NCBI GenBank assembly: GCA_013239625.1
Contig: MU054323.1
Span: 1,302,001 to 1,366,000 of the forward strand
DNA: 64,000 nt
Origin: Lama guanicoe
Taxonomy: Eukaryota
Direction: 5' to 3'
Shown one piece after another: positions 50,983 through 64,000 of this stretch. A program made the position numbers and the translations under genes. The notes under the pieces were generated by a model. It saw nothing but the letters and a program-made list of their open reading frames with translations. It searched no databases and was not told where the DNA came from. Numbering within the stretch: position 1 is the first letter of the stretch; each line of letters starts with the position of its first letter.

Positions 50983-51903
50983 TTTTTTTTTTTTTTTTGA
51001 ATAATACCGAGTGGAGTTTCTTGAGAGCATATTGTCCCACTTGCTTCTCATGCCATTCCTACAAGGTAGATATTACCTTCCCCACTTTAGACACTACTTG
51101 GACTGGGATTAAACTATACATAAAACCTGCCTGATTCAAAAACTCATGTCCTTTCTGAAATATCGACTATTATCATTAGAAATTAAAATTTAGAATGTAA
51201 AATGAGAACATACCACATCTACAAGTATGCACACGTTTGGGTGAATATAATGTGAAGTAAACAGTTTTTGTTGCTGGTAAGAAATCATAATGAGACTAAT
51301 TGAACCATGAAAACAGATGTTTTTCAGCCTATTTTAAATATTGAAGGGACCAGGCATTGTAAAACTACAGGAACATTCTTTTATTCTCTCAGTAATGGGA
51401 AACACTAAGCAGTGATCATCTTTTCATTTGCTTTTTCAGCAGTAAAAATAGTCATAAGTTGAAAAGAAACATATTTCTCTGTTTAATCAAAAGAGGAATA
51501 CCTAGGATATGTCTGTAAGTAAAAGCAAATTAATTGCATAACCATCTGCAACATTGCCAATGACCCCCCTCCACCAAAGAAAAATGCATCAAGACTTTCC
51601 ACTTTGTGTGGTAGTATCACTATGCCAACAAAAAGTTTTTTTAGGCTTATCTTTGCTCAGCAGGTTACATTACACTTCCATGAATAACACTACTGATTTT
51701 TTAATAGGAGATATAATTTTTAAAGCCAAAAGTTAGACCCAAGAGCAATATCAAAATAGTTGTCTTCTATCAAAAGGACATAGTTACATAGTCTGTATTT
51801 TGACATCTGTAAAATTTGGATGTTACCTCATGGATCTAGCATTAAGATTAAATAAGAATAAATACAAGAAAGCTATTTTGGTGCCTGATACATAGTAGGT
51901 TCT

Positions 51904-52365
51904 TGCAGTGGGTTGAATGGCGGTCCCCAAAAAAGACACATCCATGCCCTAATTTCTGTAATCTGTGAAGGTTACCTTATTTGGAAAAAAGGTCTTTGCA
52001 GATTTATGTTAAGAATCTTGAGATGAAGAGGTCAGTTCAATTGGATTTTAAAACTACGTATCTAAGTGGCTTTCTAAGTCCAACGGCAAGTGTCCTTATA
52101 AGAGAAAGAGGACATTGATAAACAGATGTGAAGATGGAGGCAGAAATTGGAGTTGCCACAAACCAAGGATACCAAGGAATTCCTTAGGCCACTAGAGCTA
52201 GAAGCAGCAAAAAAGGGTTTTACCCTAGAACCTCCAGAGGGGGTGTAGCCCTCCCTACACATTTATATCAGAAGTTTGGCTTCTAGAACTATAAGTGAAT
52301 TTTTTTTCTGTTTCAAGGCACCCTGTTGTGGTAATTTGTCATAGTAGTGATGGGAAACTATTATA
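51904..52365 (+). mobile_element. MaLR solo LTR (MLT1C/D-like) with perfect 5-bp TSD GTTCT, nested in a MIR
   Basis: 'tgcagtgggttgaatggcggtccccaaaaag...gttaccttatttggaaaaaaggtctttgcagat...gggaaactattata'. GTTCT at 51899-51903 and 52366-52370. Confidence 0.9.
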
Positions 52366-52431
52366 GTTCTCACATGGTAGTTATTAATAACTAGGTTAAA
52401 GTCATTGCTATGCCTTCCTGTTGGTTTAATT

Positions 52432-52612
52432 CAATGACTCTCAATCTTCAATGCACATTTAAATCACCTGGGAAGCTCCTAAAACATGCATGCCTAGATC
52501 CCACCCCCTGAGATTCTGGTTTAATAGTTAGGGGATAGGGAAGATATGAATCTCAGCAGTTTTTAAAATCTCCCAAGTAAATATAATGTAAGTCAAATGT
52601 TGAGATTCACTG
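52432..52612. mobile_element. MER5A-like hAT-Charlie MITE
   Basis: Imperfect inverted termini 'caatgactctcaa...ttgagattcactg'; internal 'aatcacctgggaagctc...cccaccccctgagattctggtttaat'. Confidence 0.8.
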
Positions 52613-52894
52613 TTAACATTGCTATTCAGATCCTGTCTTCCCTGTTAGATTTTGAGCTCTATCAGGACAAGAGCTATGTTTGAATTGTTCCTACCAAACA
52701 CAGTACCTGACATATAATAATGTATTTGTTGAATGAATGAATGTCTAACCCTCTGACATACGTTTATTCAAATGTGAAAAATGAGTGAAATATAGTTTCT
52801 AACCTCAAGCAGTTCTTGATCGTGATAAGAGGAAGAGAAGGCAGATTGGGGTACAGAAGGGAGGCCGTGTAGGAACAATAACAATTACAGCAAG

Positions 52895-53345
52895 GAAAAT
52901 CATATTCAGCTTTAAATAATAGAAACCCTAAAATCACAGGGGATTAAATAAGTAAAGTTTCTCTCATACATAAAAGAAATCTAGTAGTAGTCTAGAACTG
53001 GTAAGATTCAAAGTCATTATGCACCTGAGCTTCTCTCTTGTTCCTCTTTATTTCTCAGCATACAGCTCCTAATTCATGGCCCACTAGGGCTATCTAAGTT
53101 CCACAGGGAACAAGTGCATTTGCAGCCAGAAGGAAGAGATGAAAAAGGACAAGCACATCCCTTCAAAGACCCCTCTAGTGCACCTGACATGACACTCCCA
53201 CCGGTATCCCAATAACCACAATTTAGTCATGTGAGCATCTCTATCGATAAGAGAGGCTGAGAATATTACTTTATTTTAGGCAGTCATGTACCCAGCTAAA
53301 AATTGGGAGTTCTATATATTATTAAAGAAAATGGATATTTAGAGA
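52895..53345 (-). mobile_element. MaLR LTR (MLT1J/K-like), antisense
   Basis: 'tattcagctttaaataatagaaaccc...atttagtcatgtgagcatctct...gagaggctgagaata...atgtacccagctaaaaattgggagttcta'. Confidence 0.7.
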
Positions 53346-56300
53346 AATGAATGAAAGAAAATAGGTATTTAGAGGAATGAATTACTATCTCTGCCATATA
53401 ATTAACTCCAATGGAACAGAGATATTGTGCTTTAATAAAGGTCCATCATACTTTGGAAGGACAGGGAAAGGAGCTAAAATTCCAACTGCAAGCATCAGGG
53501 AAGGCTTCATATAAAAGGTATCATTTGAGTCATTAAATATGAAAAGAATAACAGGCAAATAAAAGGTGCTTGAGGCAAAGGGGATATTGTGAATAAAAGC
53601 ATAGATACAGGGAGATACATAGTATATATAAGAAAAAGTACATCTAGTAAAGAGCATTCTGTTGTAGAAAGAGAGCAAGAATTTTGAATTACAGAAACAA
53701 AGTTTGAATCACTCCTCACATTACTTAATAGTTGGGTAATGCCCATTTGTGAGATTTAGATGAAAATATGAAAAACAGTTTATAAATAATAAAGTTGGAA
53801 AAATATATACGATAAGGATGAAACAGAAGTCCCAATCAGTGGGAGGGGCATAATTGTTGCACTAAGACTTTGGGGTTTATTCTGCTAGTAACAGTAGGAA
53901 AACTAAGTATATTAATAAAAATCATACTATTCCTTCTTTAGGGAAAGTCCATTTGGTAACTTTGATTATAAACTTTGGTGATTTCAATAATTAGAAAAAA
54001 GCTATTTGTTGCAATGGGGAAATCTACATACCACCCCAGAATTCTTTTACACCATTTTATTCCTCCTTACAGCTTTCAAACCGTCCAGCAGACACATGCA
54101 GAAAAATCTGTTTGAAAATTATAAATGAAAGATGTTTTATAAACTCCAGATGGAATTTGGTCTTTACTCAGATCAAATATGAAAAGACATCCAGGCACCA
54201 GGGTAGATATCTAGCAAGTAAATTCTGTCTGACTTTGTGAATAGAAATTTTCTGCATTTTACTAACTGAATATTAATGCGGAAGCTAAGCAGTTATGCTG
54301 TTATGGGGAAGGGACAGAGAAAGCGGGAAAATGCTGAAAGGTTACCATTATTTATTGAGAGCTACAACGTAATAGGCACAGTGCCAGATATATTCAATGT
54401 CTCATTATACCCAACATCCTTATGACCTAAATATAACTGAAGTGCAGTAAGGTTAAGTGTCTTGCCTAAATCATTGGATGACCAAGATTCAAAATCCAAA
54501 GTCTGTCTTACTCAAAAGTATTTTCTTTTTCTATACAGGTGATATGCACTTTCTTGCCCAACCAATAACTCACTAATTCCCATTTCACTCTTAATTCTTC
54601 ACTTTCAATTTATTCCAGCTAACTTTTGACCAAAACCTCTCTCTCTCTTCTTCTATTTCCCCAGATGTTTTTAATTTCAATATTCACTGATTTTTTTCCT
54701 CCATTTCCAAATTACCTCATTTCCTGATTTATAATGTAATATAATATAAAAATTTCAAAATTTAAGAAAAAAATTTACCAAAGGAGTTAACATGTACCAC
54801 TTTGAAAGCTCCCCAGTTTTTACTGTCCTTGGCAAAAACAGCCACTGATGAATTATAAATTCCATCCATTCTCTTTCCTGCAGGCTTGCTTATGCATCAG
54901 TGGTGAGCTGAGAAATACCTGACAACTCTCTTCTCTCAACAGAAAAACTCAGATCGATGTAGGCACTAAGTCCATTTTATACCACCTAATAGAGAATGTA
55001 TTTATTCAAAAAGTATTTACAAGATAACTACTGTGAGTCGGGAACATATAGTTCTTATCACAATTTGTCACTTGTGTTCCCCATGTTCCTAATCTATCTT
55101 TCCAACTTTGCCTTCCATCTCTCCATCAAAGGCAATTGCAAATGACTATATTTGGACCACCATCATTCTCTAAACACACTCCAGGTTTTCCCAATCTGAA
55201 GTTTTATTTACGGCTTTCTGTCTACCCAGGAGCCTTTCTCACATCTCACCTTATCTTTTCACAATCTATTTCATATTACTGATTTGAGTATACATGTGTG
55301 TCTGTCCAAGTAGAGTACTAGAATTTTCAGTCTTCTTAGCTATAATCTTTGCAGTTCTGCAGGTCTATGGTTTCTGAACTCTCTCTTGAATGTTTTTATC
55401 TCTAGCAGTCAATTGGCACATCATTTGCTGCCTTGTCTTATTACTATATTTCCATATTTATGTTTTATCTTTCCAAATGAGGAAAAGAGGAAAGGACCTT
55501 AAATTTGTCTATTGCTGAGCATAGAGGAGTACTAAACACATAGAGTACTCACAACATATTTGGTTTACTCTCCTGACCATTCATGGGAAACCAAAATAAG
55601 AAATTAGTATCTCTGGTTCCTTTAAGACAAATTCTTGACGAAAATAAAATGAATGCATGAATATTGGACTCTTCCATCAGTTCACACAAATGCTCAGTTT
55701 AACACATTTTAAGCAACACTTTCTAAATTTTTAATTTTGAGTATTAAAGAAGTCAGCTCCAATGTGCTGGGTGATCTTCCTCAGCCTTTTTGCACAGCCA
55801 GCAAAGCTACAGGGAGCCTAAATTGAACATTGGGCTTCACGATCTCAACCTATCTAACCAAAGCTGTCTCCTCACTAATGCCCACTCCTGCCCCACTGCC
55901 CATCAAGATTCTCAGACCAAAATAACTGAATTATCTAACCTGTGCACATGACCATACCAAATACCTCTATCAAACTGACTTTCCCACAAAAAGGCACTTT
56001 TTGGAAAAGATGTTTTCCATGCATACTCAGAAGAAAGTAGATATTAAAGAACAGGTATTAAAATGCTTTTTAAGCTGGAATTGAAAGTATTCCAAAAGTT
56101 GATCAAATGTTCTGAATATTTGAGAAATAAATGCACAGGTGCTTACATTAACTATCGGATACACCATCTAGATACTCCCCCCTTGGCTTTGCTCATGCAA
56201 AGTTTTCAATTTGTGGATCTTACAAGATTAAACACTAGTCTGGCCTTTTATAAATACATTTTTAAGTAACTGTGCCTACCCCGCCTTGAGCCTGCTTTAG

Positions 56301-56649
56301 CAAATAATTTTAAAAGATTACATGCTCAGTTAAGATGATTCTGGAAAAAGAAAAAAAAACAAATTCTCAAACCATGAAATATTTTTACCTCAAAGCTAAA
56401 ATCTTTATGGAATAATAAAGAATAACAGAATAAAATCTCAAAGGCAGTTATTGTTATTTATCACTTGGATGAATGTAAATCCTCATGCCAAGGCATGCAA
56501 CTACGTGTACATTTCCCCATTTCACTCCTTCTCACAGGAAGAAGTGGGATGATTAGTCAAATGAGGACTACTGAAGGGAAAAAAAGCCTTGAAAGACACA
56601 AGTAATAACAATAACCACCCTGTCTACGGAATTCTGTTACAGCAGTGAG

Positions 56650-57560
56650 GACAGACTAAGTTCCTTTCCCTCCTCCTCAACACTCCCTGGTTCCAGCAGT
56701 AAACACTTCCAGTTATTTCAGCTGTTTTTGTTAGGTTTTCATCCATATTTCTGCATAAAATGCTTATACTGCTCTTTCTTGATTTATCAGTTTAGAAATT
56801 GACTATGCATTTTCAATTACAGTAGATCAATATTTAACATACTTAGAACTGCTACTCCTGCATCTGTTTCCCTCCCTCCCTCTTTCTGGTAAAATTGTAA
56901 CTTAATTCTGGCTAATTTAGTAGTCAGTCCTTAAATTACTATTACTTTATACTTATTAGTTATCAAGCTAAATAGTGTACCAATATTTTATCCCTTTATT
57001 TGTTCCCTTTCCACACGGATTTAATAATTGCCAGTTCTTCTCTTGATTAATTTTCTGAGTATTTTCATTCATTATATCCAAACGTCCCTTTAGATGCATC
57101 ATGTACTTATTGTATAATTTTCAAATGTTCAAGGACTTCAAAAGATATCAGTTTCTTTTCTTCCTGACAGTCTCTCTCCAGAGCCCCCCTGCTCTGCTCT
57201 GGACTGGTTACTCTCCAGGCCTGTGACAGACTCATCCTCTTTGGTCTTCCTTTTCCCATTATCCTGATCTCTTCTTGAAAATTCCATGATAGACCTGTGA
57301 TTTTCTCTATTCTATGATCCTTTTAAAAATTTAGTATCTATACTCCAGTAGCTTTCTAATAAAAATGCATGAAAGGTAAATTTCCTGCAAATTTGATACT
57401 GAAATTATTTTTATTGTGAATTTATATTTGATTAAAAGCTTGGCTTATTATAGGATTCTAAGTAGTACATTATTTCCCATCAGATTCTTGAAGGCATTGC
57501 TCCCTGTCTTTCTCTTTCCAGTTTGTAATAGTGTACTTCCTGTAGGTCCACTCTTCATTA
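56650..57560 (-). mobile_element. Old L1ME/HAL1-like fragment, antisense
   Basis: 'atgaaaggtaaatttcctg...ttgattaaaagcttggcttattataggattctaagtagtacattatttccc...ttgaaggcattgctccctgtctt'. Confidence 0.6.
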
Positions 57561-58177
57561 TTTGGTATGGTGGTGTTTTAGTTTTTTTTCTTCAAGTATC
57601 TACTGTACACTTACTATGTATGCACCGTGTGCAGAATCTCATCTACTCTGAAAGGCAGTATAAGAGAAAAAAAAATGGCTGGGAAGCAGAATCAAATGAA
57701 AGCATATCTATAAAACTTATTAATCAGTTTACAGAGAATAACATATAAAAACAATTTGCACCAATTCCTGGGTGGCTTTGCAGGTACTAGATCTCTATGT
57801 ATACATTTGCTTAGCTATTCAAGCTTTGGTTAAATGGAGTGATGCTCATGCTCAAGGAAGAGCCATCTCCATAAAATACACCAGGCCAACTCTTATATTC
57901 CAAATCTCCTTCATCCTTCTGGGAAAATGAAAGAAGACATGGTGCCCCTGGGCAAAGACTTGATGGATGTGGAATATTAAAGTCTGAGGCAAAGCAGATC
58001 AAATCACATTACGAGAAGTACCGAAATTATTGTAAAAATTCCAGTAATGGTTCTATGCAAGAATATAGAAATCACATTCAGAAAATATGCTGACTCTGGC
58101 TATGCCTTGTCTCTTGTCTGCATGACTATCAAAGAAATCAGAGGCCATTTCCTGTTGCTCTTAACATATTTCACACC

Positions 58178-58875
58178 ACTTTACTGAGGGATATTTTACA
58201 AATCGTAAAATTCATCCATTTTGAGTTTACAATTCAATGATTCTTAATAAGTTTACTGAATGGTCATTAAGTCCATTTTAGACCATTTTCACCCTCCAGT
58301 GAGATCCTTCATGCCCATTTAAACTCACATCCTACCCATAGGCCCAAGTAACTGCTAATCCACCTTCTGTCTCTATAAATGTGCCTTTTCTGGACATGTC
58401 ATATAAATGGAAACATATAATATGTAGAAACTTATGTCTGGATGCTTTCACTTTGAATAATGTTTTTGAGGTTCATTCACATGCCAGTAATTCATTGCTT
58501 TTTACTTCTGAATAGCATTCTCTTATATAGACCTATCACATTTTGTCTACCCATTCACGTGATGGACATTCACTCACAAGTCTTTGTGTGGACATGTGTT
58601 TTTGTTTCTCTTGGGTGAGTATCTAGAGTGCAATTGCTGGATCATATGATAATTTTATATTTAACTTTTCAAGAAGCTGCCAAACTATTTTCCATGTGAC
58701 TGCGCCATTTTACATTGCCACCAGCAAGGTATGAGGATTCACATTTTCCACATCTTCACTAACATTTGTTATTGCTTGTCTTATTTATTATAACCATTCT
58801 AGTGGGTGTAAAATAACATTTCTTTGTGGTTTGGATTTGCATTCATTTCTCTAGTAATTAATGATGTTGAGCAGC
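58178..58875 (-). mobile_element. L1MB-type 3' end, antisense
   Basis: 'gtaaaattcatccattttgagtttacaattcaatga...ccttttctggacatgtcatataaatggaa...gcaattgctggatcatatg...ccattttacattgccaccagcaa...aattaatgatgttgagca'. Confidence 0.9.
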
Positions 58876-60829
58876 TCCTAGCATTTTGAAGTTTCAAGGG
58901 CTTTATTTTTACAAATTAGGAGACTGACAACCAGAGAAGTGATTTATCTAAGGTGATTCAGAAATTTAGTGGCAAAAGTAGAATTCACATCTCTTAGCTC
59001 TTTATTTATAGTGCTTATTTTCTGGTATGAAACTATAAATATAAAAGAAAGTTTAGACTCCCTCCAGTAGATTATATCTTCCTTTAGGCAGGAATCAAGT
59101 CACTATATTCAGGTCAGTCTTTGTGTGATCTTTATTTTTCTTTCCTCTTGCCATGTAATAATGTAGCATATGTTTGATGCTCCATAAATATATGAATGAG
59201 TGAATGAATGAATAAATGCCAATAAAAGTTAAAAGAACAATAACTCTCTGAGGAAAAGCCAACAATGCTGAAAAGAATTCACTTTGTAAGTAAAATTTTT
59301 TATCATTTCTTAGTTATATTATAGCAATAGCATCAAAACTGTCTTTCCAGCACCTGGAAACTCCTGACCACTGGTAATATAAATATCTGAAGTCATTCCC
59401 CTGCTTTAAAACTGCCACTGTCTAGCCAGTATTCTTAAGATAAAGTCCCGGTTACTTAGGATGACAGACAAGCTCTTGTCACATATTAAGTGGGCCTTCA
59501 GGACAAGGTAAATAGCCTGGAGATAATGGATGGGCCAGCACCACCAGGAAAATCTCCATTCTGAGGCAAGTTTTCAACCTAACATCACTTAACTTCCTAA
59601 GTCCTGCGTCTGTAAAAGTAAAACAAACAAACAAACAAACAAAAACTATACAATTAATTGCTTCTACTTGGGTTATCTGGGTGGAAAATGTAAATGCTTT
59701 CTAGCACAGCAGTCCAGTCTCTATGCCTCAGAACTGGTTATCCTAACGTCTGTCTCCAGTACCATCTCCACTTCTCTTCTCTCCTAAGAACAGAACCACC
59801 ACTTTGACAGAAAATAAGCCCTGATCCAGCATGACTGGTATTAATCCAGTGCTTCCTGAGGTAGGGAAGCTGAAGCTTAATGCTTTTCTGAGCTCACAAA
59901 GGCAGAAACCCTGCTGATATTTTTGTTTTCAAGCACGGTAATCCAAACTCGAGGATGACTCACTCACTCACTGCATTCACATGCATTTTTACAAATATTA
60001 ACATGGATCAATGCATCAACTCTCACTTGGCATAAGTTTACACTTCGTTAAGAGCAACTGCGAATTAGGTTATGACAGAAGATCTGTCTGCGAAGAAGAA
60101 CACCATGCTCTTTCCAACTTCTGGAAAATGTAATGCTACAGACAGGCCAAGGTAAATACCACATAAAGTAACAATATATTTTTGCCTTCTCTTAACTTGT
60201 CAGATTTATTATAGATTCTTCAAGAACTATCTCTAAATCCTTTTTTAAATAACACATTTAATCAACAGCTTTGAGCACTGTTGTGTGATTTCATTTTTGC
60301 CAAAGTCAATGGTTTTTTCATGTCTTAAAATGATCCACAGCTTTTGTGAAATATATAATTACATAGAAATTTGGTGAAAGTTTTTAATAATACTTCTTGT
60401 TATTCAAACCTTATAGAAGTACAATTATAGGTATAAGTATATTTAAGTATAATGTAAAATTGAGATATAGTTTTATATTTTTGTAGACATTCCAGATGGT
60501 TGAACACCTAAAAATCTTTAAATAATTTTTCAAACCATGGTATAAACAGTTTTTTGCTGGCATTCTAGAAACCCACGCATTTTATTAGCATATGCCTCCC
60601 CGTCATATTTTAACAGTCCCTAATAATAACCAAAACAGTTAGCATATAAATAGCATTGATAAGCTGAGCCAAACTATAATGTGGAGAGACATTATGGCAC
60701 AGTGGCAAGAACACTGTAAAAGTATCAAGGTGTATTGTTTCTAATGTTGACTTTAGCACTAACTGTACAAATTTTGGCAAGTTACCTCACATTTCTGGGC
60801 CTCCATTTCCCCATCTCTTAGATGAGAAG

Positions 60830-61352
60830 TGTCACCAGTATGGTTTCCTGAAAACAGAGTCTAGAAAAAAAGCCCATATGAAAGCAATTTGGGAAATGAT
60901 CTCAGAGAGCAAAAGTAGTGAAACAGAGGAGAAAAAGCCTGGAAGGAGCTGGATGGTGTCTAACTGGTCACTGCTTTGGGTGACTGGTGCTCAGAATCTT
61001 GGGGAAGCCTCATGAAATGAGGAGTCCCAGAGCAGTCCACACAGAGAACAAAAAGGGGAAGGAAACATTTATTCATCAGCTCAGTGCCTCATCAGTCACG
61101 GGTGGCCCTGAGGGTGCTAAAGGCCTCACATTTTGGGTTTACACTTGCATGAGTGTGAAGCAGGGTCCCACGTGTCTGCACAGAGCTGTCAAAGAAGCCC
61201 TGGTCACGAAGAGAGAGGTGTGAAGAGAAGCCTGAAATGAAGGGCTCTCAGGTTACACTGATGGCAAGGATGTCAAATTCTGCACAGAAGTGGTCACCCG
61301 CGCGTGACCAGAGTAAAAGCAAAGCCAAGTGCATTTGAAACAGTGGCCAACA
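60830..61352 (-). mobile_element. LTR33-like ERVL LTR, inserted in a MIR
   Basis: 'ggtttcctgaaaacagagtctaga...atttgggaaatgatctcagagagca...ggtcactgctttgggtgactggtgctca...catttattcatcagctc'. MIR sequence lies immediately upstream (60690-60830). Confidence 0.7.
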
Positions 61353-64000
61353 TGCTCTCAAAAACCTTCCAGTTCTAATATTATTTAATAGTAATATTTA
61401 TAACTACCACCTATTTAGTTTCACTCTGTTTATAGTGTTACTTAATTTTTGCTGCACATAAACCCTCATCATTTCATAGGTGAGATAGGTGGGCTGATGG
61501 ACACGAGTAAAATAATCACAAAAATAAATATAAAATTATACTTTTAGGAAGGAAGTATACTTGGTAACATAAGAATTAAAATAGGAAGATTTTACTCGTT
61601 CAGAAGTCAGGGAACATTTGCCCAAGACATGATGAGCATGGAAGAGATGAGTAGGAATTAAATAAGTAAAGAAGGGAAGGTGGAGGGGGCAGAGTCCCAA
61701 GCAAAAGGAGGAGACTGTGCAATCTCTGCTGAGAGGAAGAAAACAGTAGGAGAGCAAAATGAAGGCCAGAGAAGTAAATAAAGATGAGAATATACATTTA
61801 AGACCATGTTTAAGACTTCAGTCCTTGGGAAAAATGAGACAGCACTGAAGCAGTTTAAACTGAAGATGAGAAGAAGGGATGGGGTTGGGGTTTGGGAAGT
61901 GACTTGATCAAATTTAAATCCCAAAAACTGCAGCATAAGATATAAAGGTCAATGTTACAGTTCTAGGGTTCAAGAGGAAAGCTGATAAGTGGGAGAAAGA
62001 TTAACTTTAAAGGTCATAAGAAATTAAGCAAGGGGCAATAAACTACTATAGTGAGTCCATTATGTGCCCTGAGAAATCTTACATGGCACTGAAAAATAGG
62101 AAATGCTCAGAAGAGAGAAGCTACATAGGAAAAATGACCTAACCAATTGTACCACAACTGTTAAAGTTCACCCACAAGGTCCTCCTGTGGCTAGAATTAC
62201 TTGTGCTATCTGGGATCTGAACTATTTTTCCCTCTTTTCCATTGTTTGTTTTGTTCATAAAGAGCCCATAAATCTTAATATAACTCAGTGTCATGCCATG
62301 CCTCTAATGTTTAATAAAAAAAATAAATATTTTTAATTGAGGAAATTAAATTTAACTTTTCCATTAAAATATTTTTTAAGCCAACGCTCTAAGTTATGAA
62401 AATTCAAAATACAGTTTCATAAATAGATTGTGAATATGAAGAAATGTTTTTTAACATTTAAAAGGTTAAGATACTATGCACTATGATTAGATACATAACT
62501 CTATTTTTTTTATTTCTTCCTTTCTACTTCTTGTCTGTAAGATATAAGAAATAGGAGAATTGACTTTATTTGTATTTAACTTTTTATGTATGACTTCTAT
62601 AGCTCCCCAACCAGGTTGTCAGTCTCATAAAAGCAATCAATTTTGATATTCATTGCATATTAAGAAGTTAGCCTGATGTCTTGAATACAATAGCACTCAG
62701 TGAAAAAGGAAAGGGGGAAAAGAGGAGGGAAAGAAGAAAAGCAACATAAAAGCAGACAGCAGTTATGAAGTTCATAGAAAAACTGACTTCATTTCAGTTT
62801 GACAGCATTTACTATGTATGCATCAGGTACTGTGTTAGGATACAGTTTTACAATCTCTTTACTTGAAAAAGCCACTTAAACTAAATATTAGTTTCATTAT
62901 CTGGAATGGGGATGATAATATATTGATAAGAGGATTTAATGATGCAAAATATAGAAAGCACTATAGGCCTCTAAAAAACTATACAAACACATATGAGGAT
63001 AGTAACAGTAAACTCACTAGCTACAATTCTGCAATTCTGTTTAGAAAAAGAATTTCTCCAAAGCTATATGCATCACTAGAAAATGAGAGCATTCATTATA
63101 TTCACTTGGAGCTATAACGTGTAAAGTACTAAAAATTAATTTGCTCTAAATCCCAGAATTTCATTATATGTTTCCTATCCCACAAAACCTCTTTTAATCT
63201 TCCAATGTACTGAACACAAGGCAAATTCTTAAAATTAAAAGAAACTTCAAAATATAAAATAAGAAATAATTTTTCACTGTAAGAAGAGAATTAAGTCCTT
63301 CTATATATTTTCTTTTTAATCCATAATCCCAATGATTTTATATAAAAATAATAAAATGAAAACCTTATCAGTGGCAAATTTACAAATCTCCTGCTAAACT
63401 AAATTGCTCATCTTCATGCTATTCTAAATAGAATCTTCCCCTGCCCTACCCTAATCTACAGTTAATAAAAGTCTTAAGGCTTAGCTTAAATTCTATGTCT
63501 CATATAAATTCTCACTCTCCAACTAGAATCAATCTTTCAAATTTCCGCACCTCCACAGCATGATTATTCACTCTGTTCTGTGTTATCAATATGTTTTTCC
63601 CTTCAATTAGATTAAAACTTCATATCTTTGTAAATCCCACAGTACTTGCCAAGTGCTTTGTATATATCAGATCCTCAAGGAATGTTTACTCAACTGGATA
63701 ATGTGTTTTATCTATTTTAATCTAAAAATATTTCATGCTGTCTTTCAAATTTATCAGTATGTAGTATTTTTCTATGCCTAAAGATTATTAAGTATTTTGT
63801 AAATTTCAAGTATAATCTCAGTTACTTTCACAATTTTATCTCAGTTTAAAACTTTTTCCCTTAATATACTGTCTTTATAAGAAAAAGCTGTTTCACAAAG
63901 GAACTTTATATCCAAGTTCTAGCAAATTCCTAAGCAGTTAAAAGACACATAGGAATATGTTAGCCATAGCTAAGAATTCTACCATAAAATCAGTCTGAGT

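Noticed and set aside
54055..54240. Acceptor-like site followed by a ~55-codon open frame
   Set aside because: The peptide is unrecognised and the donors are weak, consistent with chance.
1..64000. The short ORFs in the supplied track as genes
   Set aside because: All are 129 aa or shorter, many use non-ATG starts, and none has a recognisable cellular domain. Their density is what non-coding mammalian DNA produces by chance. Only the L1 ORF2 and ERVL pol remnants are recognisable.
1..64000. Prokaryote-type systems (CRISPR array, operon, defence locus)
   Set aside because: The sequence is clearly mammalian, with no regularly spaced repeat-spacer array and no gene-dense region.
1..64000. Known miRNA, snRNA, snoRNA or tRNA genes
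   Set aside because: No mature sequence I know was seen by eye. An Infernal/Rfam and miRBase scan is needed to exclude them formally.
1..64000. Inferring a host-gene strand from repeat orientation bias
   Set aside because: L1s and LTRs occur on both strands with only a mild + excess, which is not decisive.

Overview
Mammalian genomic DNA, AT-rich and CpG-depleted, with no CpG island. It is probably from a camelid, judging by a tRNA-derived SINE tail at ~39.5 kb. The window looks intronic or intergenic. I recognise no cellular protein-coding exon, RNA gene or miRNA. The supplied ORFs are chance ORFs or transposon remnants (L1 ORF2 C-terminus, ERVL pol). A large share of the window is old interspersed repeats: L1, MaLR/ERVL/ERV1 LTRs, an ERVL reverse-transcriptase fossil, hAT MITEs and MIR/L2. 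There is one 109-N gap. The most notable items are (1) a 2.7-kb L1 whose full 5'UTR is fused directly to the distal end of ORF2 inside one degenerate target-site duplication (TSD), (2) a ~14-bp retrotransposition scar with a perfect 17-bp TSD, and (3) a few repeat-free islands with promoter-like, CTCF-like or splice-site signals. I found no convincing new biological system. Repeat family names come from recalled consensus sequences, not a database search, and boundaries are approximate unless a TSD is quoted.
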